Source: the human T2T-CHM13v2.0 reference genome, Homo sapiens
Assembly: GCF_009914755.1 (NCBI RefSeq)
Contig: NC_060927.1
Length of the DNA stretch: 64,000 bases
Strand: one strand, 5' to 3'
The notes beneath the pieces are model-generated. The model worked only from the letters and a program-made list of their open reading frames with translations, made no database searches and was not told the DNA's origin. The translations under genes were made by a program, and so were the position numbers. Positions within the stretch are counted from its first letter, which is position 1; each line of letters opens with the position of its first letter. Positions 43,100 through 61,160 of the stretch are shown here, one piece after another.

Positions 43100-44070
43100 T
43101 ATCTATTTTACAAAAACATGAAGAAACTTTGCTATTAAAATATAACATCTATGAACCATGTAGCAAATTTTTTAAAAATTAAAGAAATAAAGGAAAAAAA
43201 CTAGCCTGCAGTAGGTGAAACTGTTGAGTCCCATAGTAGGCACTCCTTATGGATGCATCCACACCCCAGGACATGCACGAGCTCCCCATACAAAAACACC
43301 TCTCACTAAAGATAAGCTCACTATCAAGAATTAGAAAGCATGTGGAAAAAAACCATGATGAGAAAACCACCCAATGTAATAACCAAGAGAAATCTCATTT
43401 CAATATCTATAGCTAATAGAAAAATCTAACAGAGACTGTAAAATAAGCATATGTAAAATGTCCAAAAAAATAAAGAATGGTGTGGTGGGGGGATGGAGGA
43501 ACATGTGGGATTTTAAAATAAACAAAATAAAAATGCTGGAAATCTAAAATACAGTCACTCATACAAGAAACACTGATAAGTTAAACAGTGGACTAGACAT
43601 AGCAATAGTGACTGAGGAGAGCAAGTCAAAGACCCAATACGAGAAGGAAAGAGATACGATGACTGAAAAGGTTTTGGAGACACAACACACAGGATGGGGA
43701 ACTTCACAACATGCATTTAATTCAGGTTCCAAGAAAGGAGAATAGTCAGAATAAGGAGAGGAAATGTCTCTAGACTTGAAGACATACGTTCTAGTATTGA
43801 AAACACTCTGTCTCCTGAGAAGTATTAAACCATGCTTAGCTACACTCTAGTGAAAATGGAGAATATCAACAATAAAAAGAACATCTTAAAATAAGAAAAA
43901 AATATGTATTACATATCCATGGCAATGAGACTGACATCAGTACCAAAAAAATGACAGAAGACTTTGTAATCATTTCTTCGAAGATCAGAAGGAAAACAAC
44001 TGTCAAGCTAGAATTTTACACCAAGCTAAATCATCATTCCAAAGTAAGGGCAAGATAAAGAGTAGCAACA
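43100..44070 (+). mobile_element. Ancient L1/HAL1 ORF1-like fragment
   Basis: A-rich degenerate ORF1 motifs, e.g. ctagaattttacaccaagctaaatcatcattc. Confidence 0.5.
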
Positions 44071-44932
44071 GCAACTATGATCAAAGCCTTCATGGGACCA
44101 GCATAGAAAATACTGGAAATTCCAGCTGTCATCATGCTCCAAATGTGTAAGCCACTCAGGATTCTCCTAGCAAAAAGGGGTCAGACCTAAGGAACTGGAT
44201 ATCCTGTTGACCTTATTAGGTGGGGAATCCCATACAAATGTCACTGAGGATTCTATCCAGACACTCAAGAGCAGGTGGGCCTTGAATAGCAGTCATCATC
44301 TTAGTTTTAGTGTTATTTACCCATCTGAAATGGCTTCATTAGTTTGAGAACTGCAAAGATACATACACTGGGTGGGAAGAGGGCCCAGATTAAATGTAAG
44401 CTGTGCTCACCCTAAGATGCATACATCTATGAATACCCTGGTCAAGTATTTTCATATGCAAGGAACAGAAAACCCACTCCAAGATTCTGGCTGTCCCTGC
44501 CAAATGCTTACTCATCAACTAACAATGGTTGCCCCACCCAGATCCAATTCTGTGTGAACTTCTAATTCAAGCTTCTACTACTGCCTAAGCAGAGTCTATG
44601 TTTCTCTTAGTTTAAATTCTCTCGAGAGAAAATCTGATTGACCACTAGCCAATGAAATGTCTGCCGCCCCTCTCTGAAGAGAGATCCCCTCTCTCAAGAG
44701 TCCACCTCTGATCCAATCAGCTCTTTCCCTGTGGAGCAAGAACTGTTGGCTTGCCTACTCAACATCCATTCCACCATCACTATCACTTTTTTCTTATTAA
44801 TATTGTAAATCAACCCCTCCCTCCTATGGCACTATCCTCGGCTCAAGGGGTATATTCTGATTTGCCTAAGTCATGGTGTCCCATTCCCCTTACAAGTGAG
44901 TGGTTTAGGGGATGGAGCACATGACCCAGTTT

Positions 44933-45645
44933 CTTTTCATTTTTTAAGTCTTTATTTTTTTAAAGCAGTTTAAGCTTACAGCAAAATTGAAAGGAAGGTA
45001 CAGAGATTCCTCACATACACACAGGTGCATAGACTCTCCCATTTTCAACATCCCCCACAGAGTGGTACCTTTGTTACAACTGATGAACCTACATTGACAC
45101 ATCATTATCACCCAGAGTTGACAGGATTCGCTCTTGTTGCTATACATTCTATGGGTTTCAACAAATGTGTGATGACACATATCCACCATTGTAGTATCAT
45201 ACAGAGTGGCTTCATTGCCATAAAAATCTTCTATGTTCTACCTTTCCCCCAACCCCTGGCAACCACTGATCTTTTTACTGTCTCCGTAGTTTTGCCTTTT
45301 CCAGAATGTCATATAGGTGGGATCATACCGTATGTAGCCTTTTCAGACTAGCTACTTCCAGTTCGTAATATGCATTTACGATTTCTTCATGTCTTTTCTT
45401 GGCTTGATAACTCATTTCTCTTTAGTACTGAATAGCATTCCATTGTCTGGATGTACTACAATTATTTATCCATTCACCTACTGAAGGACATCTTGGTTGC
45501 TTCCAAGTTTTGGCAGCTAAGAACAAATCTGCTATAAACATCTGTGTGTGGGATTTTGTGTGGAGGTAAGTTTTCAGTTCCTTTGTGTAAATACCAAGGA
45601 GCATGATGGCTACATCATATGGCAAGATTATGGTGAGTTTTGTAA
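44933..45645 (-). mobile_element. L1M (L1MB/MC-like) 3' fragment with 18-bp TSD
   Basis: Antisense L1 3' end (ORF2 remnant MFIADLFLAAKTWKQPRCPSVGEWIN). TSD gagcacatgacccagttt at 44915-44932 and 45646-45663. Confidence 0.85.
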
Positions 45646-45936
45646 GAGCACATGACCCAGTTTTGACTAGTGGTTCAAAAAGGAAAGATTCCAGCATTTC
45701 TTCATTGAAGGGAAAACTTCTTCGCTTTTAATGAAGAGACAACAAAAGAGGCAGCTCCATCCTTGGAAACATACATACACACATGTGCACACCTTCTTCC
45801 TCCATCTAAGCATTCGCATGACTACATGTGATACACTGGAATACTGCAGCCCAAAGATGAACCAACATGGATGAAGGCAGAACAAAAGGAGCCTGGGGAA
45901 ATAGAGCCAGAGCTCTACTTTATGTTCCTCACCTGA

Positions 45937-46287
<351 letters not shown>

Positions 46288-49200
46288 TAAGTTTCTTTAT
46301 TGCTTAAGTCAATTTCAGTTGGGATTTACTATTACTTAAAGCCAATGCATCTGAATCAAAACATGGACACCCAGGCCAGGCCTCTATTAAAGATCATGTG
46401 TAGGTCCAACTCCCACAGAAATATCCACTGTATCATGTGGGTTTTGTGGACTTGGAAAACATAAGGAATGAGCAACGTCCTGGGAAGTCCCATCTCGTGA
46501 GAAGAAAAGTGAAAAAGAACAAGTTTGAGTAGGGATGAGGGATACTTCTATTGTCCTCTAAGCTAGTGTGCATAGATTCATGTCTGAGTTCCAGGGCATA
46601 CACATTGCAAAAAGTAGTTTAAAAAATTTATATATATATGTGGCTATTTCACTAAAATCTCTGTGGTGTAGTGAAAGGTGCTAGTAGCTTTGGTGCCATG
46701 ACCTGGCCATGTCAGGAGACCAAAGGAAGCTTCCTGAGGAGGGAGTTTTTGAATATCAGGTACTAAATGCACACAAAAGTGTTCCTTTTTGGAGCCAGGG
46801 ACAACAAATTGTTTGATCTTAAATGCCAACTCAGGCCAATCCCAACTGACTATGCTGAGAAGGACTCAGGAATGGAAGATTATCATGATCAAGTGGCAAT
46901 GCCTGTCATAGGACTGACTGGGAACCAGCAGTACACATGCCACATGTTTGCCCTCTTGAATTCCTTTCTGAGATGGACCCCGGCCAAACACTCCCTGCAT
47001 CAGTGAAGACGCATTCACTCTAACACCCCATGTTACATATTCAAAAATCTTACATTTTATTTTCTCTACTCTTAAGCAAGGATATACATACAAAAGTGCA
47101 CTGTCTCTAACCAATCTAATCGTTGTTGAATAATCCCCCAAACCCAGGAGCTGTTCTTGTCACATTTATTGTCCCTTGTGCTTCAGGGTACTTGACAATC
47201 CTCAACTACTGCTGTTCCTTGAAGAGCAACAGCACTCCACCTAGTAAATTTTACTTCAGAATGTTAGTACTATTGTTATTTTTAGCATTATTTTTGTCTG
47301 TCTGCCTCATCCTAAAGATTGTAACCATGAGTAGCTTTGACATGCTTCAAAACTTCTTTTGTTCTTCCAGGGAGCTTTTGGAGAGGGTCCCACTTCATGA
47401 TGTCCGTATGAAACAAGGTCATGGAGAATCCTTTGAATTTACTTCCACAAATATTTCTTTGAGTACCTATTTTGTGCCAGGTGCCACAACATGTATAAAG
47501 ATGAATAAGGAAGAAAAGAGAAGGATCATTTGTCGAGATTCTGGTCTGCTATGCAATGTGCTGATGCCATTCTGGGGACTTGGAAGCATTCATCTCATTC
47601 CATTCCCATAACTACCTCCCAAAGCATCTTTATCACAGTTACAGCTGAGGAAACTGAGGCTTGGGGAGGTTACCTGACTTGCCCAGTCATTCATCTAGTA
47701 GTTACTGGTGCTAGGATCTGAATCATGTCTGTCTGACTCAAAGCCCATGTTTCAATTCTCCTGACATGAGACCAATTGAGAAGTATGGTTCACAAGCTGG
47801 GGAGGGTGTCTTGGGAAATTTTGAGGCGGGGCACTTCCTAGCCCAGCGTGTGAAAGCAGGCCAGTTACTAACCTGTCTTAGCCTCAGCAGCCCAGTCAAC
47901 AGAGGCCAATACCTACCTTGCAAGGTTGTTGTGAGGATTAAAGATAATGGGTAAAGCATCCAGCACACAGTATGTGGTCTATGAAGAATAGCTATGTTAT
48001 TCAGAGCTACGTAAAAAATTACCATTTCTCAAAGAGGCAGGAGCTATTTTCTGATACAGTGAATTCTTGGAACTTGCAACGGGTGTGTATTATGAAATTT
48101 AGGATCTAAGCTAGCAAGACTTTGCTATACGGCTTTGAGAAGGTATATGGTTGTCGCAAAAATCTCAGGAGACTCTGCAAGATAAGAAAATCTCAAAGCA
48201 GAGGCAAGTTCAGAGACTTGCTTTCCTACTCCTGAATCTTCATTCAGCTGAGCTAATGGCCAGGAATGACAAGAGGACTCACCATTGTTTGAGCCTGCCT
48301 GTGAATTTGCATAAAATGTGATTTAAAACAAAAACATAACCAAGGATCTGGCCCCCAGGAATAGTCAAGGTATCTGCAGTGAGTAGAAGACTATTATTTA
48401 TACTGCCTGGAATCCCACCACAAATCTTTACAGAAACGCACAAACTCACATTGGATCAGGCTTTTGTTGGTCTCCAGGGAATGCTGACTTTGTTTATTAA
48501 TGCCACAACAAACGTGTCTCTGAATAAGGGAACTGACAGGACACCCGTCTCTGCATTGAAACCTGATTAAAAGCAAGTCCAGCCCCTTCTAGTCTCTCAG
48601 GAGTCTTCACAGTTTCTAAGCTGTCCTTTGTGAGTCAGTGATGTCGATGGCAGGAAAACTCCATCCTTGTTTCTTTGGGTGATAATCCACACATCACAGC
48701 ATGAATACTCAAGCTCTCACACGAAGCAATGGTCTGCCTCCCAAATAGAAAGAAGGAGAGTTGCCTAAGTGGAAGGACTTGATAGGAGCTGAAAATGCAG
48801 CCCCATGACACCCAGTCCTCCTCTAATAAAGGTTTTTCCCTATCTCCTGTCACTGATGCTGCAAATTCTACTCTGGAGGCAGAGTGGCATCGGCAGGCAG
48901 CACTTCCTGAACCTTTCCATGAAAGGGACCCTTAAACACAGGGGAACTGTGGGGATAGTTGCACATTATGAATATACTGAAAACTACTGAATTGTATACC
49001 TTAACGTGCTGAAGTTATATTATATTAATTATATGTTAATAATGATAATAAATTTTTTAAAAATACATAGAGGAAATAGCCTATGTCCTTGCAAGGCCAG
49101 CAGGACCAGGACTCAAGTGGACAGCTCTAAGTATGAAGTATTGTGCATGTTGCATTCTGCTTCAAAATACATCTATATCTGTTGTAACTGTTTAAAGATA

Positions 49201-51154
49201 AAGTTATTTCCCAGTTAAAATGCTTAATTTTATCCCCTCAGATATTCAAATAAAATTGATACCCCAGGTGGACGTGCCTTAGATGGAGAACCCTGTGGCA
49301 GCACCACTCACTTGTGGCTTGAGAAACACAAAGGGGAGGTGGGCTTACCAGGGTGAGATCCCAAGGTGTGGATCCCAGAGTACGAATCCCACGATGTGCA
49401 TCCTAGGGTATGGGTGCCTAAAATGGTGCTGAAGGTCTGACTTAGGGTGACTCTCACTCACATTTTTCACAGAATAAGTTCAGAACTCTGGGCTATCAAA
49501 AGCCCATTGTCACATGTGTGGACCCATGCATCCACTCTCACCCTTCCATGTTCTGTTCACAGTGCTGCCTCAGGTCTATGACATCCAATGGCAGCAGGCA
49601 TCGTTCACCTTGTGCGTGCCCAACTCTGACTCCCAGGGCAGTCTCCCCACACCTCACGGGCTTCATGCCACATATGAAGCAGGCCTCTGGGGGTGGTCTC
49701 AGCCATAGCCTCCGAGAGCCTTCGAGACTGTTGCTCTGCAACACCAGTGGTCCCTTCCAACCAATGTCCTTTCTTGCCTCCAGCTGACATGGTGACATCA
49801 TGCTCTCCAGCTTCAGTTTTAAGCCATGGTGGAAAATGTTTGGGCATGCCTTGCACAATGGACATATCTTGCTCTTCTCACTCCATCCACAGGCCTTTTG
49901 CCTAGCCGGCCTGCAGATGGCTGTGTGTGGAAGGCAGGGGTATGTCAACATTGAAAGAAATCACATTCTAGGAATGTGGGGGTTAAGGCCTAAAAAGTCA
50001 AAGAGAAGACATGATTGGTAGATGTGTCATGCTACATTTACATTATGAAATTTCAAATGGCAAATTTAACAAGACCAGAACATTATCATTCAGATTCTCT
50101 GCATACTCTGGGTAGGATTTGTATTTGGTCTCAACAACAAAGCACAGCAACAAGATTAGAGGGAGTTGCTGGAAGCCAACATCCACAGGAGGCTGACATG
50201 TGACTCAACATCGCAAGTAAGCAATGATGTCACCAGCATGACATGTGAAGCCCAAATGCACCTAGATCTACTAATCTGGGGGTCCTAGGTAAGGTGACGT
50301 TCCCTGCCGAAGGGCCCAGAGTGCCCCACATAGCAACAGAGCTGTCACCTGCACCCTCCGCGCTCATCCTCCCTGTGCTCTGTGATCTACTGCCCCCTGC
50401 AGACCTCCCTGGACACACCTCATCCCTCTCCTCTCTCAAGTCCAGACTACCATTTTCTGGCTTCTTCCAGGCCACCCTCAAACCACCATCTACGCCCACT
50501 GCAGATCTGCAAACACCCCCTGCCTCCGTCTCCCAGAACAGGGCTGCCTTCTCCTTCTAAGACCCAGTTCTGTCGCAGAGCTGTGTGGGCCCCTAATGAT
50601 ATAGCAGCGAACCCCATAATTCCTGAAGGGCTTTTTCAAAAGTCATTTTGTTTCTGCTATACATTAGCCACAAAAGAACTAATTCTAAAGCAAAAAAAAA
50701 AAAAAAAAAGACAATTATGTGAAAAACGGCTCGGAACCATGAAATAGATGCTGATTATAAATATAGGCTTCAGGCATTATGAAATGAGGCAGCTCTAAAT
50801 TTTCAAAGAACAAAGAAAAAGCAAGAGGATTTTCTAAATATCAAAAAGACTTTCAGGTTATAATTAGTAAATTGACTAACCTTTTTAAAGGTACAAGTAA
50901 ATTTCTAAAGCCTGCAGCATTCATGGAATTATATATGCTGTAAGTCTAGGGGACTGACTCTGCCAGCCTCCTCACTTCACAGATGAGAAAACAAAAGGTT
51001 CCATGACTTTCCCAAGGTCATAAAACAAGTTTGTGGCTGCTAGAATTTTAATTGGAGCTCCTGTCCTCCATCTTCAGTTTCTTTCACCCATTCTACAATG
51101 GAAGCTACTTTCACAAATAGGCAACAACGTTCAGATTACTTGCATAAATATATG

Positions 51155-51987
51155 GAGATGGTGTTTGTGGAGGTGGTGGTAGTGATGGTGGTGGTGGTAA
51201 GAGGGTGGTAATAATGGTAATAGGGGTAGTAGAGGTGGTGGTAATAGCTGTGGTGGTGGAGGTGGAAGTGGTTGTGGTGGAGGTGGTGGTAGAGGTAGTG
51301 ATGGTGGTAATGGAGTGATGGTAGTGATGGTGGTAGATGTGGAGGTGTTAGTGGTAGTGGTGGAGGTGGTTGTGGTAGTGGTGGTGGTTGTGGTGGTGGT
51401 AGAGGTAGTGATGGTGATAATGGAGTGATGGTAGTGATGGTGGTAGATGTGGAGGTGGAAGTGGTTGTGGTGGAGGTGGTGGTTGTGGTGGTGGTAGAGG
51501 TGGTGATGGTGGTAATGGAGTGATGGTAGTGATGGTGGTAGATGTGGAGGTGTTAGTGGTAGTGGTGGAGGTGGTGGTTGTGGTGGTGGTGGTGGTGGTG
51601 AAATGATGGTAGTGATGGTGGAGGTGGAGGTGGTAGTGGAGGTGATGGTGGTGGTAGAGGTGGTGATCGTGGTAATGGAGTGATGGTAGTGATGGTGGTG
51701 GTGGAGGTGGAGGTGGTAGTGGTGGAGGTGGTGGTTGTGGTGGTGGTAGAGGTGGTGATGGTGGTAGTGGAGTGATGGTAGTGATGGTGGTGGATGTGGA
51801 GGTGGAGGAGGTAGTGGTGATGATGGTGGTGGAGGTGGAGGTGGTAGTGGTGGAGGTGGTGGTTGTGGTGGTGGTAGAGGTGGTGATGGTGGTAGTGGAG
51901 TGATGGTAGTGATGGTGGTGGATGTGGAGGTGGAGGAGGTAGTGGTGGTGATGATGGTGGTGGAGGTGGAGGTGGTAGTGATGATGG
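51155..51987. repeat. (GGT)n-based complex minisatellite/VNTR
   Basis: About 830 bp of GGT/GGA/GAT/AGT triplets with recurring anchor tggagtgatggtagtgatggtggt at 51311, 51421, 51516, 51676, 51768 and 51896. Confidence 0.95.
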
Positions 51988-52011
51988 CAGAGATAATGAA
52001 AATTGCAGTGG

Positions 52012-52320
52012 GGCCAGGCACAGTGGTGCACACCTATAATCCTAGCACCTTGGGAAGCTCAGATGGGAGGATTACTTGACCCCAGGAGTTCAAGACCAGC
52101 CTGGGCAACATAGGGAGACCCCCATCTCTATAAAAAATAAAAAGTTATCTGGATCTGTGGTCCCTGCTACTCAGGAGGCTGGGGCAGGAGGAGGATCTCT
52201 TGAGCCTGGGAGGTTGAGGCTGCAGTGAGCTGTGATTGCACTACCGCACTCTAGCCTGGGTAACAGAGCAAGACCCTGTTTCAAAAAAAAAAGGAAAGAA
52301 AAGAAAAGAAAGAAAGAAAA
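52012..52320 (+). mobile_element. AluJ element with (GAAAA)n tail
   Basis: Diverged dimeric Alu. Confidence 0.9.
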
Positions 52321-53867
52321 TAAATAGTGGTGGTATGCATATGTGCTGGGAAGTTGAGGAGTGAGGAATAGTTCAAGGGCAGTTCAAGGGCATGTCAGCC
52401 AAAGCTCAGATTCAGTTAAGAGTGAATTTATATAAGAAACTGGCAGAATGAGGAAAAGGATTCAGCCGGTATAGACAAATCAATTAGATGTATCCACAAA
52501 CAAAATGACAGAAATGGTACAGCAGCTGAGGAAGCAACAGGGTCATAAGGACCTTTCAGTGTGGGATTGCCATGCATGCTGGATATTTCCAGGCTGCGGA
52601 AAAGCTCCTAATAGTGAGGCTCCTTGAGTGCAGGTACAGGTTGTGAAACCCATCAATATTTGTTGATTGCCTTTTCTGTGCAAGGACCTCAGCTGGGCCG
52701 TGGCAACACAAGGGTATGCAGGAAAGCAAGAGAGGCCATACCCTGTCCTGCTCCATTTTCTATCTTTAAATGTTGGGGGTTTTGTGTTTTGTTTTGTTTT
52801 TTAATCACGGGAGAGTTGCCTGGATGAATAAGACAATTCATCAAGTCCTGCCAAACCATGAGTGGTGGTGCAGGCTGGAGGAGCCCCACTTACTTCTTAC
52901 AGTGAAGTTAGCCTGTCATTAAAAAGTGCCTGTGTAGCCATTCACTTTGTGGCCCACAGTGCCACCGTGTGGAAGGCACCTGTTGGCTGGACATGCACAA
53001 AATAAAACCGAAGCAGTGGCAGCTTTTAAACCAGCCCATCACCTTCACTCGGGGAACCCAAAGCACTCCCTCCATGTGACTATTATGCTCAATTTACCAA
53101 AGAAAAGGCCGTTGGATCTGTGGGTTCAATGAACCCTTAGTGATCAGCTATGTGGTCTAAGTTCTCACTGATCTCCTCTCTAAGATCCCTGATTGAGGTC
53201 AGAATCGCAGAATCAATGGGCACTTCTCTATTCTTTCATACCAATCATTTGATCCATTGCACTGATAGTTTATTGAGTACAAAATGCAGCTTCCTCTTCC
53301 ACAAAAGCCTAACAATGGTCAGCTATTGCCAATGGAAGAACAATTCAGCTCATCCCATCTTTTCTGGATCAGGTCCTTATATTACCCCCGCCGCCCCCAA
53401 GCTTTACTTAAAGTCCTCTCTATCCCTTTGAAACATTTTTCTTTCTGGCTCCCTGCTTAGGTTAGCTCTTCTCGCTTGTCTTGTCATTAGGTGGAATAAT
53501 ACATGAAGACACTCCTGGCACAATTACTGCCTTGGAATTGGCCCAGTTCAGCTTATCAGATGATGAGTGTCTGCTATGGGCAGATGCAAGTGATATAAGC
53601 ATCAGAGACACCTCCTTCCCAAAGAACTTAACACATGTTAGTGTCTCCACTGGCAGCTCTGTTTTCTGTCGACTATGCTAAACGTTGAGCCTGCATCTTT
53701 ACATCCAGCAGGGAGATAGGCTTGCAACCTTTTGTAACAGACACAAGCATGAACACAGATGTAGAGAAGGCCACACAGGTGCAGGACAATTCCTTCCACA
53801 TCCTTTCCACCTAAGCCTGGAGAGGACTTAGCGGACCTTCGCAGCTCCCCTCAGAAACTGGCAGTGA

Positions 53868-54183
53868 GGCCAAGCACGGTGGCTCACACCTGTAATCCCA
53901 GCACTTTGGGAGGCCGAGGCAGGTGGATCACCTGAAGTCAGGAGTTCGAGACCAGCCTGGCCAGCATGGTAAAACCCCATCTCTACTAAAAATACAAAAA
54001 TTAACTGGGCATGGTGGCGCATGCCTGTAATCCTAGCTACTCAGGAGGCTGAGGCAGGAGAATCACTTGAACACAGGAGGCAGAAGTTGCAGTCAGCCGA
54101 GATCAGGCCACTGCACTCCAGCCTGTGCAACAGAGTGAGACTCCATCTCAAAAAAAAAAAAAAAAGAAAGAAAGAAAGAAAGA
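53868..54183 (+). mobile_element. AluSx-like element
   Basis: Full-length; TSD agaaactggca(g/a)tga at 53853-53867 and 54184-54198. Confidence 0.95.
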
Positions 54184-55268
54184 AGAAACTGGCAATGAGA
54201 GACACGGGGAAGAGAAGAAAAGTGCAGAATCACACTTGATGCTCTGTTGATTTTAGAGGTTACTTTACTTAGATTCCCTAAAAGCCTAGAATTTGGTTAT
54301 AGCATGTGAGTCAGCTTATTATAAATATGTAATTCACTTTGGATTTTCTAAAGCTGAAAATGGTCTTCATCTTTATCTCAGTTACACACCACTACTAGGT
54401 TCCAGCCACAAGACCAGAGCATCTTCTACTTCCTAAATTGTGGGCTCAGGTTTTCAGGTGATAAAAACCTTTTTCAGGTTGTCACTATAAACCTATTATA
54501 TATTTCCAATCAATGTTATCCCTATATGTATAAGTTCAGGACATTCTTCAGTTTACCTCAGAAAATATAGCTAATTAAATTTTCCCTTTTTATATTGAAC
54601 CATGCAGTCATGGAAGGGAAGAGCTGGTATGGTCCAAAGACACAAACCAGTGCAGCAGCTCCCAAGTGCTAGGCTGTGGGCCAGAGCTGGTCCATTGCTA
54701 AATTTTCATTTGTCTAAGACAAAGTATGAGGCCAATTGTCCATTCTTGGAGAGTCTTATCTTCTTACTCTTCTGGTATTAAAGTGTCCTTTATAAAATGA
54801 TGGTGATTGTTGCATACTTTATTTTATGTGCTGACTTGGCAAAATAAAAGTTAGCAACCTTGGATCAACTGCAAAACTTTTTGTTAACAGCCTATAGCAC
54901 AATGCTACCTCACACTACCAGGGACTATACTCCTGCATTACAGAGAACTAGCCTAATGAGAATCCAGAACAGGAAGAATTGCGAGAAATGAGACTTTCTG
55001 CTTAGAAGTATTCAGAAGATGCCCACAACTAAGGTTCAAGACTCAACTTCAAAGAAGATTTCTAATTAGAATTCATGAAGGCACCTACCCATCAGAGCAT
55101 TCCATGCGTTCATCCATATGTGGAGATTGGGATGGCCTCACAAGAATGTGATGTGATTTCAAATTTGAAAAATAGCCAATATAAAATTCTAAAAGAGAAA
55201 AATAATCAGAGTATCTGTGTCTTGCAAGATGGTAAAACATATGATAAAATTTCCATGACTAAGAATAG

Positions 55269-57145
55269 CTCACTGTTAGAACCAATAAATGGATTCAGCA
55301 AAGTTAAAGGATACAAAATCAACACACAAAAATCAGTTGCATTTCTATACATTAATAATGAACAATCTGAAAAAGAAATTAAGAAAACAATCCCACTTAT
55401 AATAACATCAAAAAGAATAAGATAATAATACACCAAATCAAGCAAACAAAAGATTTGTACACTAAAAACTTCAAAACATTGCTGGAAAAAATTAAAGAAG
55501 ACACCAATAAATGGAAACACATCATGTGATCATGGATTGAAAGACTTAGTATTGTTAAGATGTAAATACTACCCAAAATAATCTACAAATGTGATGCAAT
55601 CTCTATCAAAATCCCAACATTTTTTGCAGGAATAGCAAAATCTATCCTAAAATTCATATGGAATCTCAAGGGACCCTGAATAGCCAAAACAATCTTGAAA
55701 AAGGAAAACAAAAGTGAAGGTCTCATGCTTCCTGATTTCAAAATTTATGACAAAGCTATAATAATCAAAATAGTGTAGTACTAGTATAAAGACAGACATG
55801 TAGACCCATGGAGTAGAATAGAGACCCCAGAAATAAAAATTGCATATATGGTCACATGATTTTCAACAAGGGTGTTAAGACCATTCAATGGGAAAAGGAC
55901 AGTCTCTTCAACACATGGTGTTAGGAACACTTGATATCCATGTCCGGAATAGCGAAATTTGACCTCCCCCCTCCCCACCTTATAACATATACAAAATTTA
56001 ACTGGATCAAAGACCTAAATATAAGACCTAAAGCTATAAAACTCTTGGAAGAAAAGATAGGGAGAAATATTCACAACATTGGATTTGGCAAGGATTTCTT
56101 GGAGATGACACCAAAACACAGGCAATAAAAGTAAAAATAGATAAACGTGACTACATAAAAATTGAAAATTCTGCATCAAAACACAAAATGAACAGAGTAA
56201 AAGGCAACCTATAAAATGAGAGAAAACCATTTGCAAATCATATCTAACCCCACAATATATAAAGCTCCTATAACTCAACAACAAAAAACCCAAATAACCC
56301 AATTTTAAAATAAGCAAAGGACTTGGATAAACATCTCTTCAAAGAAGATACACAAATGGCCAACAAGCATATAAAAAGATGCTCAACATCACAAATCATT
56401 AGGGAAATGCAAATCAAAACTGCAATGAGATATTATTTCACATCCATTAGGATGGCTGATATTTTTTTAAAAACAGAAAATAACAAGTGTCAGCAAAGAT
56501 GGGGAGAAATAGGAACATTTGTGCATTGTCAGTGGGAAAATAAAATGGAAAACAGTATACAGGTTCCTGAAAAATAAAAAAATAGACTATATGATTACTA
56601 TATGATCCAGTAATTCCACTCTGGGTATATATCCAAAAAAGTTAAAAATAGGATCCTGGAGAAATATTTGCACAGCTGTGTTTATAGCAGCACTGTTCAC
56701 AATAGTCAAGATGTGGGAGCAACCCAAGTGTCAACAGACAAATGGATTCTTTAATGATATATATTCATACAATGGAATATTATTTAATCTTAAAAAGGAA
56801 ATTGTGACACACACTGCAACATGGATAAACCTTGATGACATTATGCTAAGTGAAATAAGATAGTCACAAAAAGACAAATACTGTATGATACTACCATACA
56901 TGGTACTTAGAGTAGTCAAAATCATAGAAATAGAAAGTAGAATGGTGGTTGCCTGCAACTGGGTGGGGGGAGATAGGGAATTGTTTAATGGGTATAAAGT
57001 TTCTGTTGGGGAAGACGAAAAATTCTGGAAATTGGTTGCACAAGAGTGTTCATATACTCAACACCACCGAACAATACAGTTAGAGGTGGTTAAGATGATA
57101 AATTTTATGGGTTATTTTACCACAATTAAAAATGAATTTTTAAAA
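55269..57145 (+). mobile_element. L1MA/MB ORF2 3' half plus 3' UTR (degenerate)
   Basis: Translated remnants [35 protein letters not shown] and MFIAALFTIVKMW, with many stops and frameshifts. Confidence 0.9.
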
Positions 57146-57149
57146 ACAA

Positions 57150-60610
<3,461 letters not shown>

Positions 60611-60670
60611 TATCATTTGTCTAATTTTTAAATGATCTGTTACATACGTTCCACAGTTCTGGCAAATCTT

Positions 60671-61160
60671 GTGCTGGTTAATTTTAGTTCAATTTAATGA
60701 GAGCAAGAGATACCTGGACAGCTGTGAAGCATTACTTCTGAGTAGGTCTGAGAAGGTGCTTCCAGAAGAGATTAGCATTTGAATCAGTAAACTGAGTGAG
60801 GAAAATCTGCCCTCTCCCATTGTGGGGGACACCATCCAATCTGCTGCCAGCCTATATAGAAAGGCTTTCTCTCTGGAGTTGGGACACCCAGCTTCTGTCC
60901 TTGGATGTCAGAACTCCAGGTTCTCAGGCCCCAGGACCTGCACCAACAGTCCCAGGTTCTCCGGCTTTCGGATTTAGACTGAGCCACTCTACCAGCTTCC
61001 TTCATTCTCCAGTTTGCAGACAGCCTATGCCGTGATCACATCAGCTAATTCCCTTAATAAATCCCCTGTCATTTATTAGGGAAACTGGCTAATAAATACC
61101 CATAAGTATCTATCTATCCATATATCCTACTAGTTCTGTTTCTATTGAGACCTAATACAA
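60671..61160 (+). mobile_element. MLT2-like (ERVL) LTR
   Basis: tgtgctggttaatttt...cttccagaagagattagcatttgaatcagtaaactgagt...taataaatcccc...ctaataca. Confidence 0.75.

Noticed and set aside
47123-47611. 162-aa ORF with a hydrophobic stretch
   Set aside because: TTG start, no recognisable homology, and it runs into L2/MIR-like sequence.
51131-52033. 300-aa and 227-aa Pro/Thr/His-rich minus-strand ORFs
   Set aside because: They arise from the stop-poor strand of the GGT VNTR, begin at non-ATG codons inside an Alu, and show no splice or promoter support.
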